This document shows, piece after piece, positions 7,813-17,100 of a DNA stretch of 41,292 nucleotides; position 1 is the first letter of the stretch; every line of letters begins with the position of its first letter. This DNA comes from an uncultured bacterium. GTDB lineage: Bacteria; DYJV01. The position numbers and the translations under genes were made by a program. The notes beneath the pieces were generated by a model. That model was given only the letters and a program-made list of their open reading frames with translations. It was not told the DNA's origin and ran no database searches. The stretch spans positions 1 through 41,292 of the forward strand of contig CAZIZE010000064.1 in NCBI GenBank assembly GCA_964543655.1. The letters run 5' to 3'.

Positions 7813-9711
7813 ATGGAAAATTTTAGAAATTATGAAATAACAGAAAAAGATATTAAACGCCTTCAAAATCTTGGGAAACTATGCAGAGGTGATATTCTTA
7901 AAATGACAACCCTTGCTGGTTGTGGACATCCTGGTGGCTCTATGTCTTCAATTGACATATACCTCACCCTATATTCATTTGCAGATTTTTCACCTGAAAA
8001 TTTTTCTCAACTTAATAGAGATAGAATAGTAATTAGCCATGGTCATACTTCACCAGGAGTGTATTCTGCTCTTGGAAGACTTGGCTTTTTTAATATAGAT
8101 GAAGCAATTGCATACTTCAGACTGGAAAATTCTATTTTTGAAGGCCATATTGAAAGAGAAGTTCCAGGTGTTGAATGGACCACCGGTAATCTTGGTCAGG
8201 GTCTTTCTGCAGGTTGTGGATTTGCACTTGGAAATAAAATTCTTGGAATCAACAAGCATGTGTTTGTTGTTATGGGAGACGGAGAGCAACAAAAGGGACA
8301 AATATCAGAAGCAAGAAGATTTGCCAAAAAATATAATCTGGACAATTTAACAGCAATTATTGATTATAATCAATTGCAGATATCTGGTTCAATTCATAAA
8401 GTAATGCCACAGAATATTAAATCAAACTATGAATCAGATGGATGGAAAGTAATTGAAATAGATGGTCATAATTTTAAAGAAATTTTCAATGCAATAAAAT
8501 TTGCTGTAAATAATAAAGAGCCAGTTATGATACTTGCACATACCACAATGGGTAAAGGTGTTTCTTTTATGGAAAATAGGGAAAAGTATCATGGTCAGGC
8601 TATAAAAGAGGAGGAGCTTGAAATTGCCTTAAAAGAGCTTGGTATTGAAAATAATATAGATAAATATAAAAAAATGAGAGCAAATCCAGAATTAAAAAGA
8701 TATATTGAAGTTAAAATTCCTGATATAAATTTAAACAGTAATGGAGCTATTTTATATTCTAAAGATAAAAAACTTGATAATAGAACCGCCTATGGAAATG
8801 CTTTAGTAGATATTAGCAAAAAGAATCCTGATATTAAATTTGCTGTATTTGATTGTGATCTTGCCGGGTCAGTGAAAACTGCTGAATTTGGTAAATTAAG
8901 ACCTGACCAATTTTTTGAAGGCGGTATTCAGGAGCATAACACAGCTACTATAGCTGGAGCTATTTCCACTATGCCTATTTTATCCATTTTTTCAGATTTT
9001 GGAATTTTTGGAGTTGATGAAGTTTACAACCAGCTCAGATTAAATGATATAAATTATACTAATTTGAAATTAATTTGCACCCATATTGGATTAAATGTTG
9101 GAGAAGATGGCAAAACCCATCAACATATTGATTATATTGGGCTTTTATCAAATATTTATGGGTTTAAAGTAATTATTCCAGCTGACCCCAATCAAACAGA
9201 TAGAGCTGTTAGATATGTATTGAAAGAAAAGGGTAATTTTTTCATTGGTATGGGTAGATCAAAAGTAGATACTATTCTTGATGAAAATGGCAATGAGTTT
9301 TTTAATGAAAATTATCAATTTGTTTATGGTAAAGCTGATAAACTTAGAAGTGGGAATAAGGCTTCTATTATTGCAATAGGAAGTGTTGTTAATGAAGCTT
9401 TAAAAGCGTATGAGATATTAAAAAAGAAAAATATTAATGTAAATGTTTATAATTTTTCCACTCCTTTATCAATTGATATGGACGCATTAGAGGAAGCAGC
9501 AAAAACTAAGTTAATTATAACAGTGGAAGACCATAATATTAATACAGGGCTTGGTGCACATATTGCAGGCAAAATAGCTGAATACCAGATTAGTACCAAA
9601 CTTGTAAAACTTGGAGTAAAAAATTATTCAACTTCTGCAAAACCTGAGGTTCTATACAGAATAGAGGGAATTGACGCAGATGGAATTGTTAATGCAGTTT
9701 TAAGTAATTAA
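7813..9711 (+). CDS. tkt: Transketolase
   Basis: GHPGGSMS, DRIVISHGH, TGNLGQG, TPP motif GDGEQQKGQ...N, GIQEH, GEDGKTHQ, VEDH. Confidence 0.93.
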   Translation: MENFRNYEITEKDIKRLQNLGKLCRGDILKMTTLAGCGHPGGSMSSIDIYLTLYSFADFSPENFSQLNRDRIVISHGHTSPGVYSALGRLGFFNIDEAIAYFRLENSIFEGHIEREVPGVEWTTGNLGQGLSAGCGFALGNKILGINKHVFVVMGDGEQQKGQISEARRFAKKYNLDNLTAIIDYNQLQISGSIHKVMPQNIKSNYESDGWKVIEIDGHNFKEIFNAIKFAVNNKEPVMILAHTTMGKGVSFMENREKYHGQAIKEEELEIALKELGIENNIDKYKKMRANPELKRYIEVKIPDINLNSNGAILYSKDKKLDNRTAYGNALVDISKKNPDIKFAVFDCDLAGSVKTAEFGKLRPDQFFEGGIQEHNTATIAGAISTMPILSIFSDFGIFGVDEVYNQLRLNDINYTNLKLICTHIGLNVGEDGKTHQHIDYIGLLSNIYGFKVIIPADPNQTDRAVRYVLKEKGNFFIGMGRSKVDTILDENGNEFFNENYQFVYGKADKLRSGNKASIIAIGSVVNEALKAYEILKKKNINVNVYNFSTPLSIDMDALEEAAKTKLIITVEDHNINTGLGAHIAGKIAEYQISTKLVKLGVKNYSTSAKPEVLYRIEGIDADGIVNAVLSN

Positions 9712-10476
9712 ATATTTTGGCTTATTCAATTGCCAGCTTAGCTTATTTAACCAATTAATCTTAACCTGATTAATTATATTTTCATTGGAGCCATATCCTT
9801 TTAAAAATAATTGGATATGGCTTAATTTTATCTTTTCTCTATAAAAATAATTTAATTTAAAGCAGGACCTAACAAATCTTTTTATATCATGAAGCTTATC
9901 GTCTTTTTTATCAGAAAAGAAACTTTTATCAAAATCAATTAAAAATATTTCTCCACTTTTTATAAGAAAGTTTTTTAAATGAAGGTATCCATGAATAATA
10001 TTAAACGAATGCAATTTTTTTGTAACAGTTCCCATATTAAAGAAAATGTTGTTTAAATTTTCATTATTTGGATTTAAAAGAAATTTTATTATATCAACAG
10101 AGTCGTTTAAATTTTCAGTAACCAAAAATCCTTTAAAAAATGGTAAAAGCCCTTTTGTTATTAAAATACCAACTGGTTTAATTGTGGGAAAACCATTTTT
10201 AAAAAGAATATATGTGAGCTTTAATTCATCTATAAATCTATCTTTATTTATAAAAAAATCTTTAAATAAATGCCTTAATACACCACCATGACTAAATTTT
10301 CTTATAACAAGATTATTGTAAATGTAAACATTGCCCCTTCCAATATATTGCTTGCTTTTTTTATTAAAATTTTCTACTAAATTAATTATTAATTTTTTAT
10401 TATCAGGAAAGGTGTAAATGGAAAAGTTAGAAAATTCAAAAGAAATTAATTTTAAATCTATTGATAGATTTTTCAT
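9700..10476 (-). CDS. Kdo kinase / LPS kinase (KdkA/InaA)-family protein with atypical catalytic loop
   Basis: GRG loop, IRKFSHGG, HGYLHLKN (normally HxDLxxxN), LIDFDK. Start at ATG 10476 or TTG 10506. Confidence 0.75.
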   Translation of the reverse strand: MKNLSIDLKLISFEFSNFSIYTFPDNKKLIINLVENFNKKSKQYIGRGNVYIYNNLVIRKFSHGGVLRHLFKDFFINKDRFIDELKLTYILFKNGFPTIKPVGILITKGLLPFFKGFLVTENLNDSVDIIKFLLNPNNENLNNIFFNMGTVTKKLHSFNIIHGYLHLKNFLIKSGEIFLIDFDKSFFSDKKDDKLHDIKRFVRSCFKLNYFYREKIKLSHIQLFLKGYGSNENIINQVKINWLNKLSWQLNKPKYLIT

Positions 10477-10681
10477 TATACCACGCAAAGAAATATATTT
10501 TGTCAATTTTATTATAGAAAGTTACGAAACTATTGGTTTTGTAACTACCATTGATGCATATAAAGCAATAATAAAAATAACAGTTTCTCCATTTTTCATT
10601 AAAGAGTTTGAACTACTAATGGAGAATCTAAAAAGTGAAATTAATATAGTTGAAGTTACTACCTTTTCCTCACAGAATTAA
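10418..10681 (+). CDS. DUF4911-like small protein
   Basis: RBS AAGGTG before ATG 10418; motif R-x-E-I-x-F-x-x-F-I-I-E-S-Y-E...V-T-T-I-D, which I recognise as DUF4911-like. Confidence 0.7.
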   Translation: MEKLENSKEINFKSIDRFFIIPRKEIYFVNFIIESYETIGFVTTIDAYKAIIKITVSPFFIKEFELLMENLKSEINIVEVTTFSSQN

Positions 10682-11636
10682 ACTCTTTTAAAATAAGAGG
10701 ATACTCACCAGTATGTATTGGCGAAACATGAAACAGTATACTTTTTTTGGCATTTGCAATCTTTGCAATATATCCTGCCTGCTTTGCTGTTAAATGGAAT
10801 CGCTCCCTTGCTCTCTGCTTTTCTTTATTTAAAAATGGTGACTCTATGAACAAAAATGTTGTATCTTTTATAAGTGGTTTTATTTTTTTTATATTCTCCT
10901 TTGAAAAAATAATATCAGTTATATACACAATTTTATAACCAGGAGTGATTTTAGTAATTTTATTTTTCAAGAACTTCACTAAATACTTTTTTCCCTTAAA
11001 ATCTATTTTACTGTTTAATTTATTTTGATAAATCAATGCCTTTAATTCACTTAACCATTTTCCAGTTGATAACCCTAATTTTTTTAACTCCTCTTTTAAA
11101 ATATTAATATGGTAATCCTCTTCTAAAATATATGAAATTGATGGAGTTTTATGATTTAATATAATTGCCCTGATTTGATGGTCATTCTCTTTTATTATAA
11201 TGTTTTTTTTATATTTTTCAGAGTTAAGCTCTTCAATTTTAAATTTCTTTTTACATTGAAACCTTGCTTTTTTAATTTTAGTTGTAAGAATTTCAAAAAC
11301 TTCTATTATAAAATTCGTTGAATAATTTTCAACTAAATTCCACGTATATCCTTCTAACTTGCCTTTAACATTTTTTATTATATTTTTAGGACCATAAATC
11401 TTTAAAACTTTTTCTTTACCAAGAAATGTCCTTAAAACTCTATCAAACCCATAAAAGTGGTCCATATGTGTGTGACTTATAAAAATTTTATCAATTTTTA
11501 AAACATCTTTATTAGATAATCTTGAAATGTCACCAAGATCAATTAAGTAAATATTACTTTTACCAAAAAGTGATACAACAACAACAGGATCACCAAAATG
11601 GCCATTTAATAATTTAGGCTGGAATAGATGAACCAT
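10659..11636 (-). CDS. Ribonuclease Z-like metallo-beta-lactamase-fold hydrolase
   Basis: NGHFGDP, DLGD, SHTHMDHF, IYGP, LNHKTPS, YITD, IESPF, HLTAKQAG. Confidence 0.85.
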   Translation of the reverse strand: MVHLFQPKLLNGHFGDPVVVVSLFGKSNIYLIDLGDISRLSNKDVLKIDKIFISHTHMDHFYGFDRVLRTFLGKEKVLKIYGPKNIIKNVKGKLEGYTWNLVENYSTNFIIEVFEILTTKIKKARFQCKKKFKIEELNSEKYKKNIIIKENDHQIRAIILNHKTPSISYILEEDYHINILKEELKKLGLSTGKWLSELKALIYQNKLNSKIDFKGKKYLVKFLKNKITKITPGYKIVYITDIIFSKENIKKIKPLIKDTTFLFIESPFLNKEKQRARERFHLTAKQAGYIAKIANAKKSILFHVSPIHTGEYPLILKEFNSVRKR

Positions 11637-11638
11637 AA

Positions 11639-13273
11639 TTATTTGAAAACTACTCTATTTCTACCACTATTTTTAGCTTCATACAATGCTTTGTCAGCTC
11701 GCTCAATAAATGTTTTAACACTATCATCTTTCCTAAGCTTTGTAAGACCTATACTAATTGTCACTTTAACCTCTTTTTTATTGTAAATAAATTTTGTCTT
11801 TTCTATTTTTTTTCTAATTCTCTCACCAACATTTTTAGCAAGCTCATCACTTAACTCTGGTAAAAGAAGGGCAAATTCTTCTCCTCCATATCTTGCAAAA
11901 AAATCAATATCTCTAATAACTTTTTTAATTTGAGATGATAAAATTTTCAACACCATATCACCTGTTTGGTGACCATAAGTATCATTGATTCTTTTAAAAT
12001 GGTCAATATCAAGCATAATTAAATGCAAATTTTTATCCTCTCTCTTTGCTTTTTCAACCTCTTTAACTATTCTGTCTTCAAAAACAAATCTATTGTAAGC
12101 TTTGGTAAGGCCGTCATAGAGAGCTTTCTCCTTGGTTGCTTCTAACTCTGTTTCAAGTTTTTTAATCTTTTCCTGTGCTTCCAAAATTTTCTTATTAGCA
12201 CTTGAAATTGCTTTTTTAAATTTGTCTGTTCTATCTTTAATAGTCATTGTTGCCTGAATTATTTCATATTTAAGCTTTTTAATCTCATCTATATCATCTG
12301 TTTTCTTCAATTTTTCAATAAATTCATCAAGTTCTTTACCATAAGCGCTACTATCACCAACAAAGTTTTTGAGGCTATCTGCCATTAAGAATATTATATC
12401 TTTTAATTCCTCTTTTTCTTTTTCAATAGAGTTTTTAATAAATTCAAGTTTAAAAAATATCTCTTTAACTAATTTTTTAAAGCTTTTAATTTCCTTTAAA
12501 GTGTTAAGAGATTTTACCTGCTCTTCCAATAATGAGATTTTATTTCTAATAGCCTCGTCAAATTCAAGGAAACCTTCTATATTTTTAACAAAAAGGTATA
12601 TAATCTCTTTCAAAGGCTCTGTTAAGTCATCTTCCATTGAAGAATAGCTTTTTTTCTCTTTTACTACACCTTTATCATCTTTAGATTCATTACTACCTGA
12701 TTTACCAAATAGGGATGAGAGAAAAGAACCTTTATTCTCTTTGGTAATATGATTTAAGGTTTTTTGAAGCTCTTTTAAAACCTGCTTGAAATCTTTAACA
12801 CTACTACTTTTCTTAATATCTTTTTCAAGAATAGAAAACTCTTTTTCAACTTCTTTAATATCAAAATTCTTTTTAACAAATTTTAAAACTATATAAAAAA
12901 ATTCTTTTAAAACGTCTTCAAATCTGTATTCTCCTAATTTTTTGGCTATTTTCTCTGTTTTTTTAGAAAGCTTATTAAAAGCTCTCTCTGTTAATGGATA
13001 CTCTGCTTCAAACTCTGTAACAAGTGGCGCAAGCTCTGATTTTATTTCTGGATAATATTTGAAAATTTGTAAAAGCATTTCTTTAAAAAATAAAAAATTA
13101 TAATCATTTGAATGAATAAACCGATAGAGGGCTTCTTTTTCATGATGTTTGGAAACTTTACTAAAATATACATCAAGAAAGTTAAAAATAGTAAAAGGCT
13201 TATCCTGTGCTAATAAATCATTAATGGTTTCTTTACCAATTTCACCTAAAATAATTTCATATTTTGTTGCCAT
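11639..13273 (-). CDS. Diguanylate cyclase (cytoplasmic coiled-coil + GGDEF)
   Basis: DGLTKAYNR, DIDHFKRINDTYGHQTGD, RDID I-site, ARYGGEEF, RADKALYEAK; no TM segments. Confidence 0.95.
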   Translation of the reverse strand: MATKYEIILGEIGKETINDLLAQDKPFTIFNFLDVYFSKVSKHHEKEALYRFIHSNDYNFLFFKEMLLQIFKYYPEIKSELAPLVTEFEAEYPLTERAFNKLSKKTEKIAKKLGEYRFEDVLKEFFYIVLKFVKKNFDIKEVEKEFSILEKDIKKSSSVKDFKQVLKELQKTLNHITKENKGSFLSSLFGKSGSNESKDDKGVVKEKKSYSSMEDDLTEPLKEIIYLFVKNIEGFLEFDEAIRNKISLLEEQVKSLNTLKEIKSFKKLVKEIFFKLEFIKNSIEKEKEELKDIIFLMADSLKNFVGDSSAYGKELDEFIEKLKKTDDIDEIKKLKYEIIQATMTIKDRTDKFKKAISSANKKILEAQEKIKKLETELEATKEKALYDGLTKAYNRFVFEDRIVKEVEKAKREDKNLHLIMLDIDHFKRINDTYGHQTGDMVLKILSSQIKKVIRDIDFFARYGGEEFALLLPELSDELAKNVGERIRKKIEKTKFIYNKKEVKVTISIGLTKLRKDDSVKTFIERADKALYEAKNSGRNRVVFK

Positions 13274-15145
13274 TTAACCATTAATCCTTTCTCTTTTACT
13301 TAATAAAACTATATCTTTTAAAACTTTTTCATCTTTACCATTGAGCCATCTTTCAAGAAAATGTTTATCATTAATAACCTGTGCTATTGCAGATAGTGCC
13401 TGTAAATGAAAATGCCGCTCATCAAGGGTGCCTATTAATATAAAAATCACATTTATTAACTTTCCATCTGGAAATTCTACTCCCTCTTTTGCTCTTACAA
13501 GCACCATGTCAAAAATATTTTCGCCATTTATGATAATATGTGGTATTGCGAGATTGTTACCAAGAACACTGCTGTATCTATCCTCTTTATCCATTAATAA
13601 TTTAAAAATCTCCTCTTCTGAAAGATTAATTCGTTTTGCAAGTTTTCTGGAAACCATTTTATATAATTCTTTATAATCTATTTTTTCAGAAATGTCCAAT
13701 GTTAATGATTTTTTAACTAATTTATCAAACCTATCCTCTTTTATAGAATCTCTTTCAAGTAAAATCTTTCTTAGCTCTTTTTCTAACCTAACTCCTGTAA
13801 TCTTTCTATTTAAAATTCTCTCAACTACATGAAGCAATGCAAATTCTTTCTGCTTTCTCTTCCTTCCATAGAAAAAATATATTACAATACTTGCTAAAAC
13901 AAATATTAAAGTTGCAAACAATGCTTCATGCCCAATTTCAAAAATTAAAAAAATATAGATTAATATCCCAGCTATTTGAAGGTATGGATAAAAATACGCT
14001 TTAAATTGAGGATTGTAGTTTATAAGCTTACTTTCTCTCATTATTATAACTGAGATATTTGCCAGTATATAAGTAAGAATAAGTGAGGTTGATGCTACTT
14101 CAACTAAAATATCAAGTTTTAAAAAGAGACTTAAAATAATTAAAACACCTGTTGCTAAAATTGATAAATATGGAGTTTTAAACCTTTTTGAAACCACAGA
14201 AAATATTTCAGGAAACATTTTATCTTTGCTTAATGCATATGGATAACGAGATGCAGACATTATTCCAACATTTGCAGCAGATACAAAACCAATAATAGCA
14301 GCAATTGAAAGCAAAATTTTGCCTTTTTCTCCAAGTATCACAGCACCACCATCAGATATTGGAGTAATACTACTCATTAGTTTGTTACCTGGTATTAATC
14401 CAACTGTTACAAATACTAACAGAGTATATACAACACAGATAATTCCCATTGCAAGTAGCATTCCTTTTGGTAATTTTTTTGAATCTTCCACCTCTTCTGC
14501 AAGGCTTGCAACTTTCAGCAAACCTCCATAGGAAACAAAAATAAAACCTGCTGTTGAAAATATATTTTGGAAATTGCCTTTTACAAAAGGTGCATAAAAA
14601 TTTACATTAATATGTTTTAAACCGTACAAAATATAGAAAATCAAAATAAGAAACAAAATTGAAACTAAAATAACCTGTATTCTTCCTGCTTTTTTAACTC
14701 CAAAATAATTTATCAATAAAAAAATAACACAAACAATAATGCCAATAATATGTGGGTTTATGCTGATAATAAGGATAAGATATGTTGATAATCCAACAAG
14801 TGCAAAAGTTGTCTTAAAAATAAGAGAAAGCCAGCTTAAAACACCTGCAACTGTGCCAACACCAGCACCAAGACTTCTGGTTACAAAAAAATAGCCACCA
14901 CCAGCCTTTGGCATTGCTGTAACCAATTCTGCAATACTGAAAACTCCCGGGATTGACAATAAACCAGCTAAAAAATATGCTAAGATAACACTGGGACCAC
15001 ATTTTGAATATGCAATTCCTGGAAGAATAAAAATACCGGCACTAACCATAGCACCGGTGGATATACTGAAAATATCAATTAGTTTTAATCCTCTCTCAAG
15101 TTTAGCCATAAATTTTTCAGTATCAAAATTTGGCTCTTTTTTCAA
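13274..15145 (-). CDS. APC-family amino acid permease fused to a C-terminal PTS EIIA (Ntr/fructose type) domain
   Basis: About 12 TM helices, GAMVSAGIFILPG, AELVTAMPKAGGGY, AEEV; C-terminal LAIPH...HLQALSAIA. Alternative ATG at 15109. Confidence 0.9.
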   Translation of the reverse strand: MKKEPNFDTEKFMAKLERGLKLIDIFSISTGAMVSAGIFILPGIAYSKCGPSVILAYFLAGLLSIPGVFSIAELVTAMPKAGGGYFFVTRSLGAGVGTVAGVLSWLSLIFKTTFALVGLSTYLILIISINPHIIGIIVCVIFLLINYFGVKKAGRIQVILVSILFLILIFYILYGLKHINVNFYAPFVKGNFQNIFSTAGFIFVSYGGLLKVASLAEEVEDSKKLPKGMLLAMGIICVVYTLLVFVTVGLIPGNKLMSSITPISDGGAVILGEKGKILLSIAAIIGFVSAANVGIMSASRYPYALSKDKMFPEIFSVVSKRFKTPYLSILATGVLIILSLFLKLDILVEVASTSLILTYILANISVIIMRESKLINYNPQFKAYFYPYLQIAGILIYIFLIFEIGHEALFATLIFVLASIVIYFFYGRKRKQKEFALLHVVERILNRKITGVRLEKELRKILLERDSIKEDRFDKLVKKSLTLDISEKIDYKELYKMVSRKLAKRINLSEEEIFKLLMDKEDRYSSVLGNNLAIPHIIINGENIFDMVLVRAKEGVEFPDGKLINVIFILIGTLDERHFHLQALSAIAQVINDKHFLERWLNGKDEKVLKDIVLLSKRERING

Positions 15146-15210
15146 TAAATTTAATTAAAGCTGTAAGGTTTATTCTCTAAGATTGTAAATGTAGAGTTTT
15201 GAATTTTGAC

Positions 15211-15885
15211 CTATAATTTAACTATTCCATCTGCTATATCAAATAATTTTTCAATATTATTAATTTTTATTGATTTACCATCAATAGTTAAAATCCCCTG
15301 TTGTGAAAATTTATTCAATATTCGAGATAATGTTTCAGGAATTGTACCAAGTAGTGATGCAAGCTGATTCTTGCTAATTGAAAGGGTAATATTAATTTTA
15401 TTTTTTTCTTTATATTGAAAGATTAAAAAAGACGCCAATCTCGCAGGTACTTCTTTTAATGAAAGATTTTCAATTATACTTGTAAAGGTATGAAGCCTCA
15501 TAGAAAGTATTGAAAGCATATTCAGCGCAATTTGTGGATATTCTTCAATTAAATGAATAAATTCCTCTTTTGGAACAAAAAGAAGTTCTGAGTTTTCAAG
15601 GGTAATAGCATTTGCAGGATATGTTCTGTCTGCAAATACTGGAACTTCACCAAAAATATGAAACTTCCCAAAAATGTGCAAAATTTGCTCTTTCCCATCA
15701 AAAGAGATCTTATAAATTTTAACTTTTCCACTGTAAACAATATAAAATCCCTTTGCTTTTTCCCCATCTTCAAATATAACTTCTTTTTTTTGAAATTTTT
15801 TTAATTTTGAAATTTTAATTATTTTTTCACATTCTTTTTCTTCAAGATTGGAAAAAATTGGGACTTTTTTTAGAAATTCAATCAT
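15211..15885 (-). CDS. Crp/Fnr family transcriptional regulator (HcpR/Dnr-like, no Fnr Cys cluster)
   Basis: cNMP-binding fold (SGKVKIYK...DGKEQIL...FGE), HTH QLASLLGTIPETLSRIL. Confidence 0.93.
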   Translation of the reverse strand: MIEFLKKVPIFSNLEEKECEKIIKISKLKKFQKKEVIFEDGEKAKGFYIVYSGKVKIYKISFDGKEQILHIFGKFHIFGEVPVFADRTYPANAITLENSELLFVPKEEFIHLIEEYPQIALNMLSILSMRLHTFTSIIENLSLKEVPARLASFLIFQYKEKNKINITLSISKNQLASLLGTIPETLSRILNKFSQQGILTIDGKSIKINNIEKLFDIADGIVKL

Positions 15886-15888
15886 AGG

Positions 15889-17100
15889 CTATTCTTGGTA
15901 AAAATTGTAAACCTGCCTAATAGGTTCAAGTGAAAGGTTTAATGCTTTTACCATATCAGGATCAAATTGTGTTCCAGAGCATCTGTTAATCTCTTTAACA
16001 GCATCTTCAAAAGTCCATGCTGGTTTATAAACTCTCTTTGACAAAAGAGCATCAAGAACATCAGCTACAGCTACAACTCTTCCAAAAACTGGAATTTCCT
16101 CTCCCTTTTTAGGCTTTTGACAAATATCCTCAGGTTTAACATTTTTGTAATCTTCTATAAAACCAGGATAACCAGTACCATCCCACTTTTCATGGTGATT
16201 TAAAGCAATATCTCTTGCTGTTTTATCTAAGACTGTTTTTATTGGATCAAATAGTAATGCACCATAAACTGTGTGAAATTGTATTACTTTAAATTCTTCA
16301 TCAGTAAGCCGACCTGGCTTTTTCAAAATAGTATCAGGTATACCTATTTTCCCTACATCATGAAGGATGGCACCAAGTTTTAAATTGTCGATTTCTCTAA
16401 TATGTGATTCATCATCAAGCCCCTTTAGACTGAGCCATTTATTGTAAATAATAGCAGAATAATTACTAACCCTTTTTACATGTGCTCCAGTTTCCTTTGG
16501 ATCACGCATTTCTGCCATTTGAATCATTTTTAAAATAGTGCTTCTTGTTAAGATAGCTCTTTCAAGTGCCATACCAGCTTGCAAGGCAAAATAATTTGCT
16601 ATAATTTCAACATCTTCTTTGCTAAATGGAACTATTCTCTTTTTTTTACCCTCTTTTGCCACTTTATTAATAATTTGCATTACACCAAGAAGGTTATTAT
16701 TAGAATCAGTGATCGGAATAGTAAGCATAGATTTAGTTTTATAACCAGTGGATTTATCAATGCTGCTATTAAAAGAATATGGTAGAGATGAATCTAATTT
16801 GTAAACATCCTGAATATTTAAAGTTGTTTTATTATTAGCAACAAATCCCGCTATTGATCTGTTATTAATTGGAAGTTTTATTTTGGAAAAACGTAAATCT
16901 GTCTGCTCCTGCTCTATAACATCATTAATAGTGTATTGGAATATTAAATTATCTTCATCTTTTACATAAATTGTACCTGCTTCTGCATTGAGAAATTCCT
17001 TTACTTCAAGTAAAATCCTATTCAATAACAAATCGTAATCATTTAATTTTAAGAACTGGAAAGATTTTTTTATAAGTTTTTTATAGATATTATCAGGCAT
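15889..17100 (-). CDS. GAF + HD-GYP phosphodiesterase
   Basis: GAF region (SIAGFVA, GYKTKSMLTIPI, GVMQIINK), RDPKETGAHVKRV, LHDVGKIG, HHEKWDGTGYP, VADVLDAL, RVYK. Confidence 0.93.
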   Translation of the reverse strand: MPDNIYKKLIKKSFQFLKLNDYDLLLNRILLEVKEFLNAEAGTIYVKDEDNLIFQYTINDVIEQEQTDLRFSKIKLPINNRSIAGFVANNKTTLNIQDVYKLDSSLPYSFNSSIDKSTGYKTKSMLTIPITDSNNNLLGVMQIINKVAKEGKKKRIVPFSKEDVEIIANYFALQAGMALERAILTRSTILKMIQMAEMRDPKETGAHVKRVSNYSAIIYNKWLSLKGLDDESHIREIDNLKLGAILHDVGKIGIPDTILKKPGRLTDEEFKVIQFHTVYGALLFDPIKTVLDKTARDIALNHHEKWDGTGYPGFIEDYKNVKPEDICQKPKKGEEIPVFGRVVAVADVLDALLSKRVYKPAWTFEDAVKEINRCSGTQFDPDMVKALNLSLEPIRQVYNFYQE

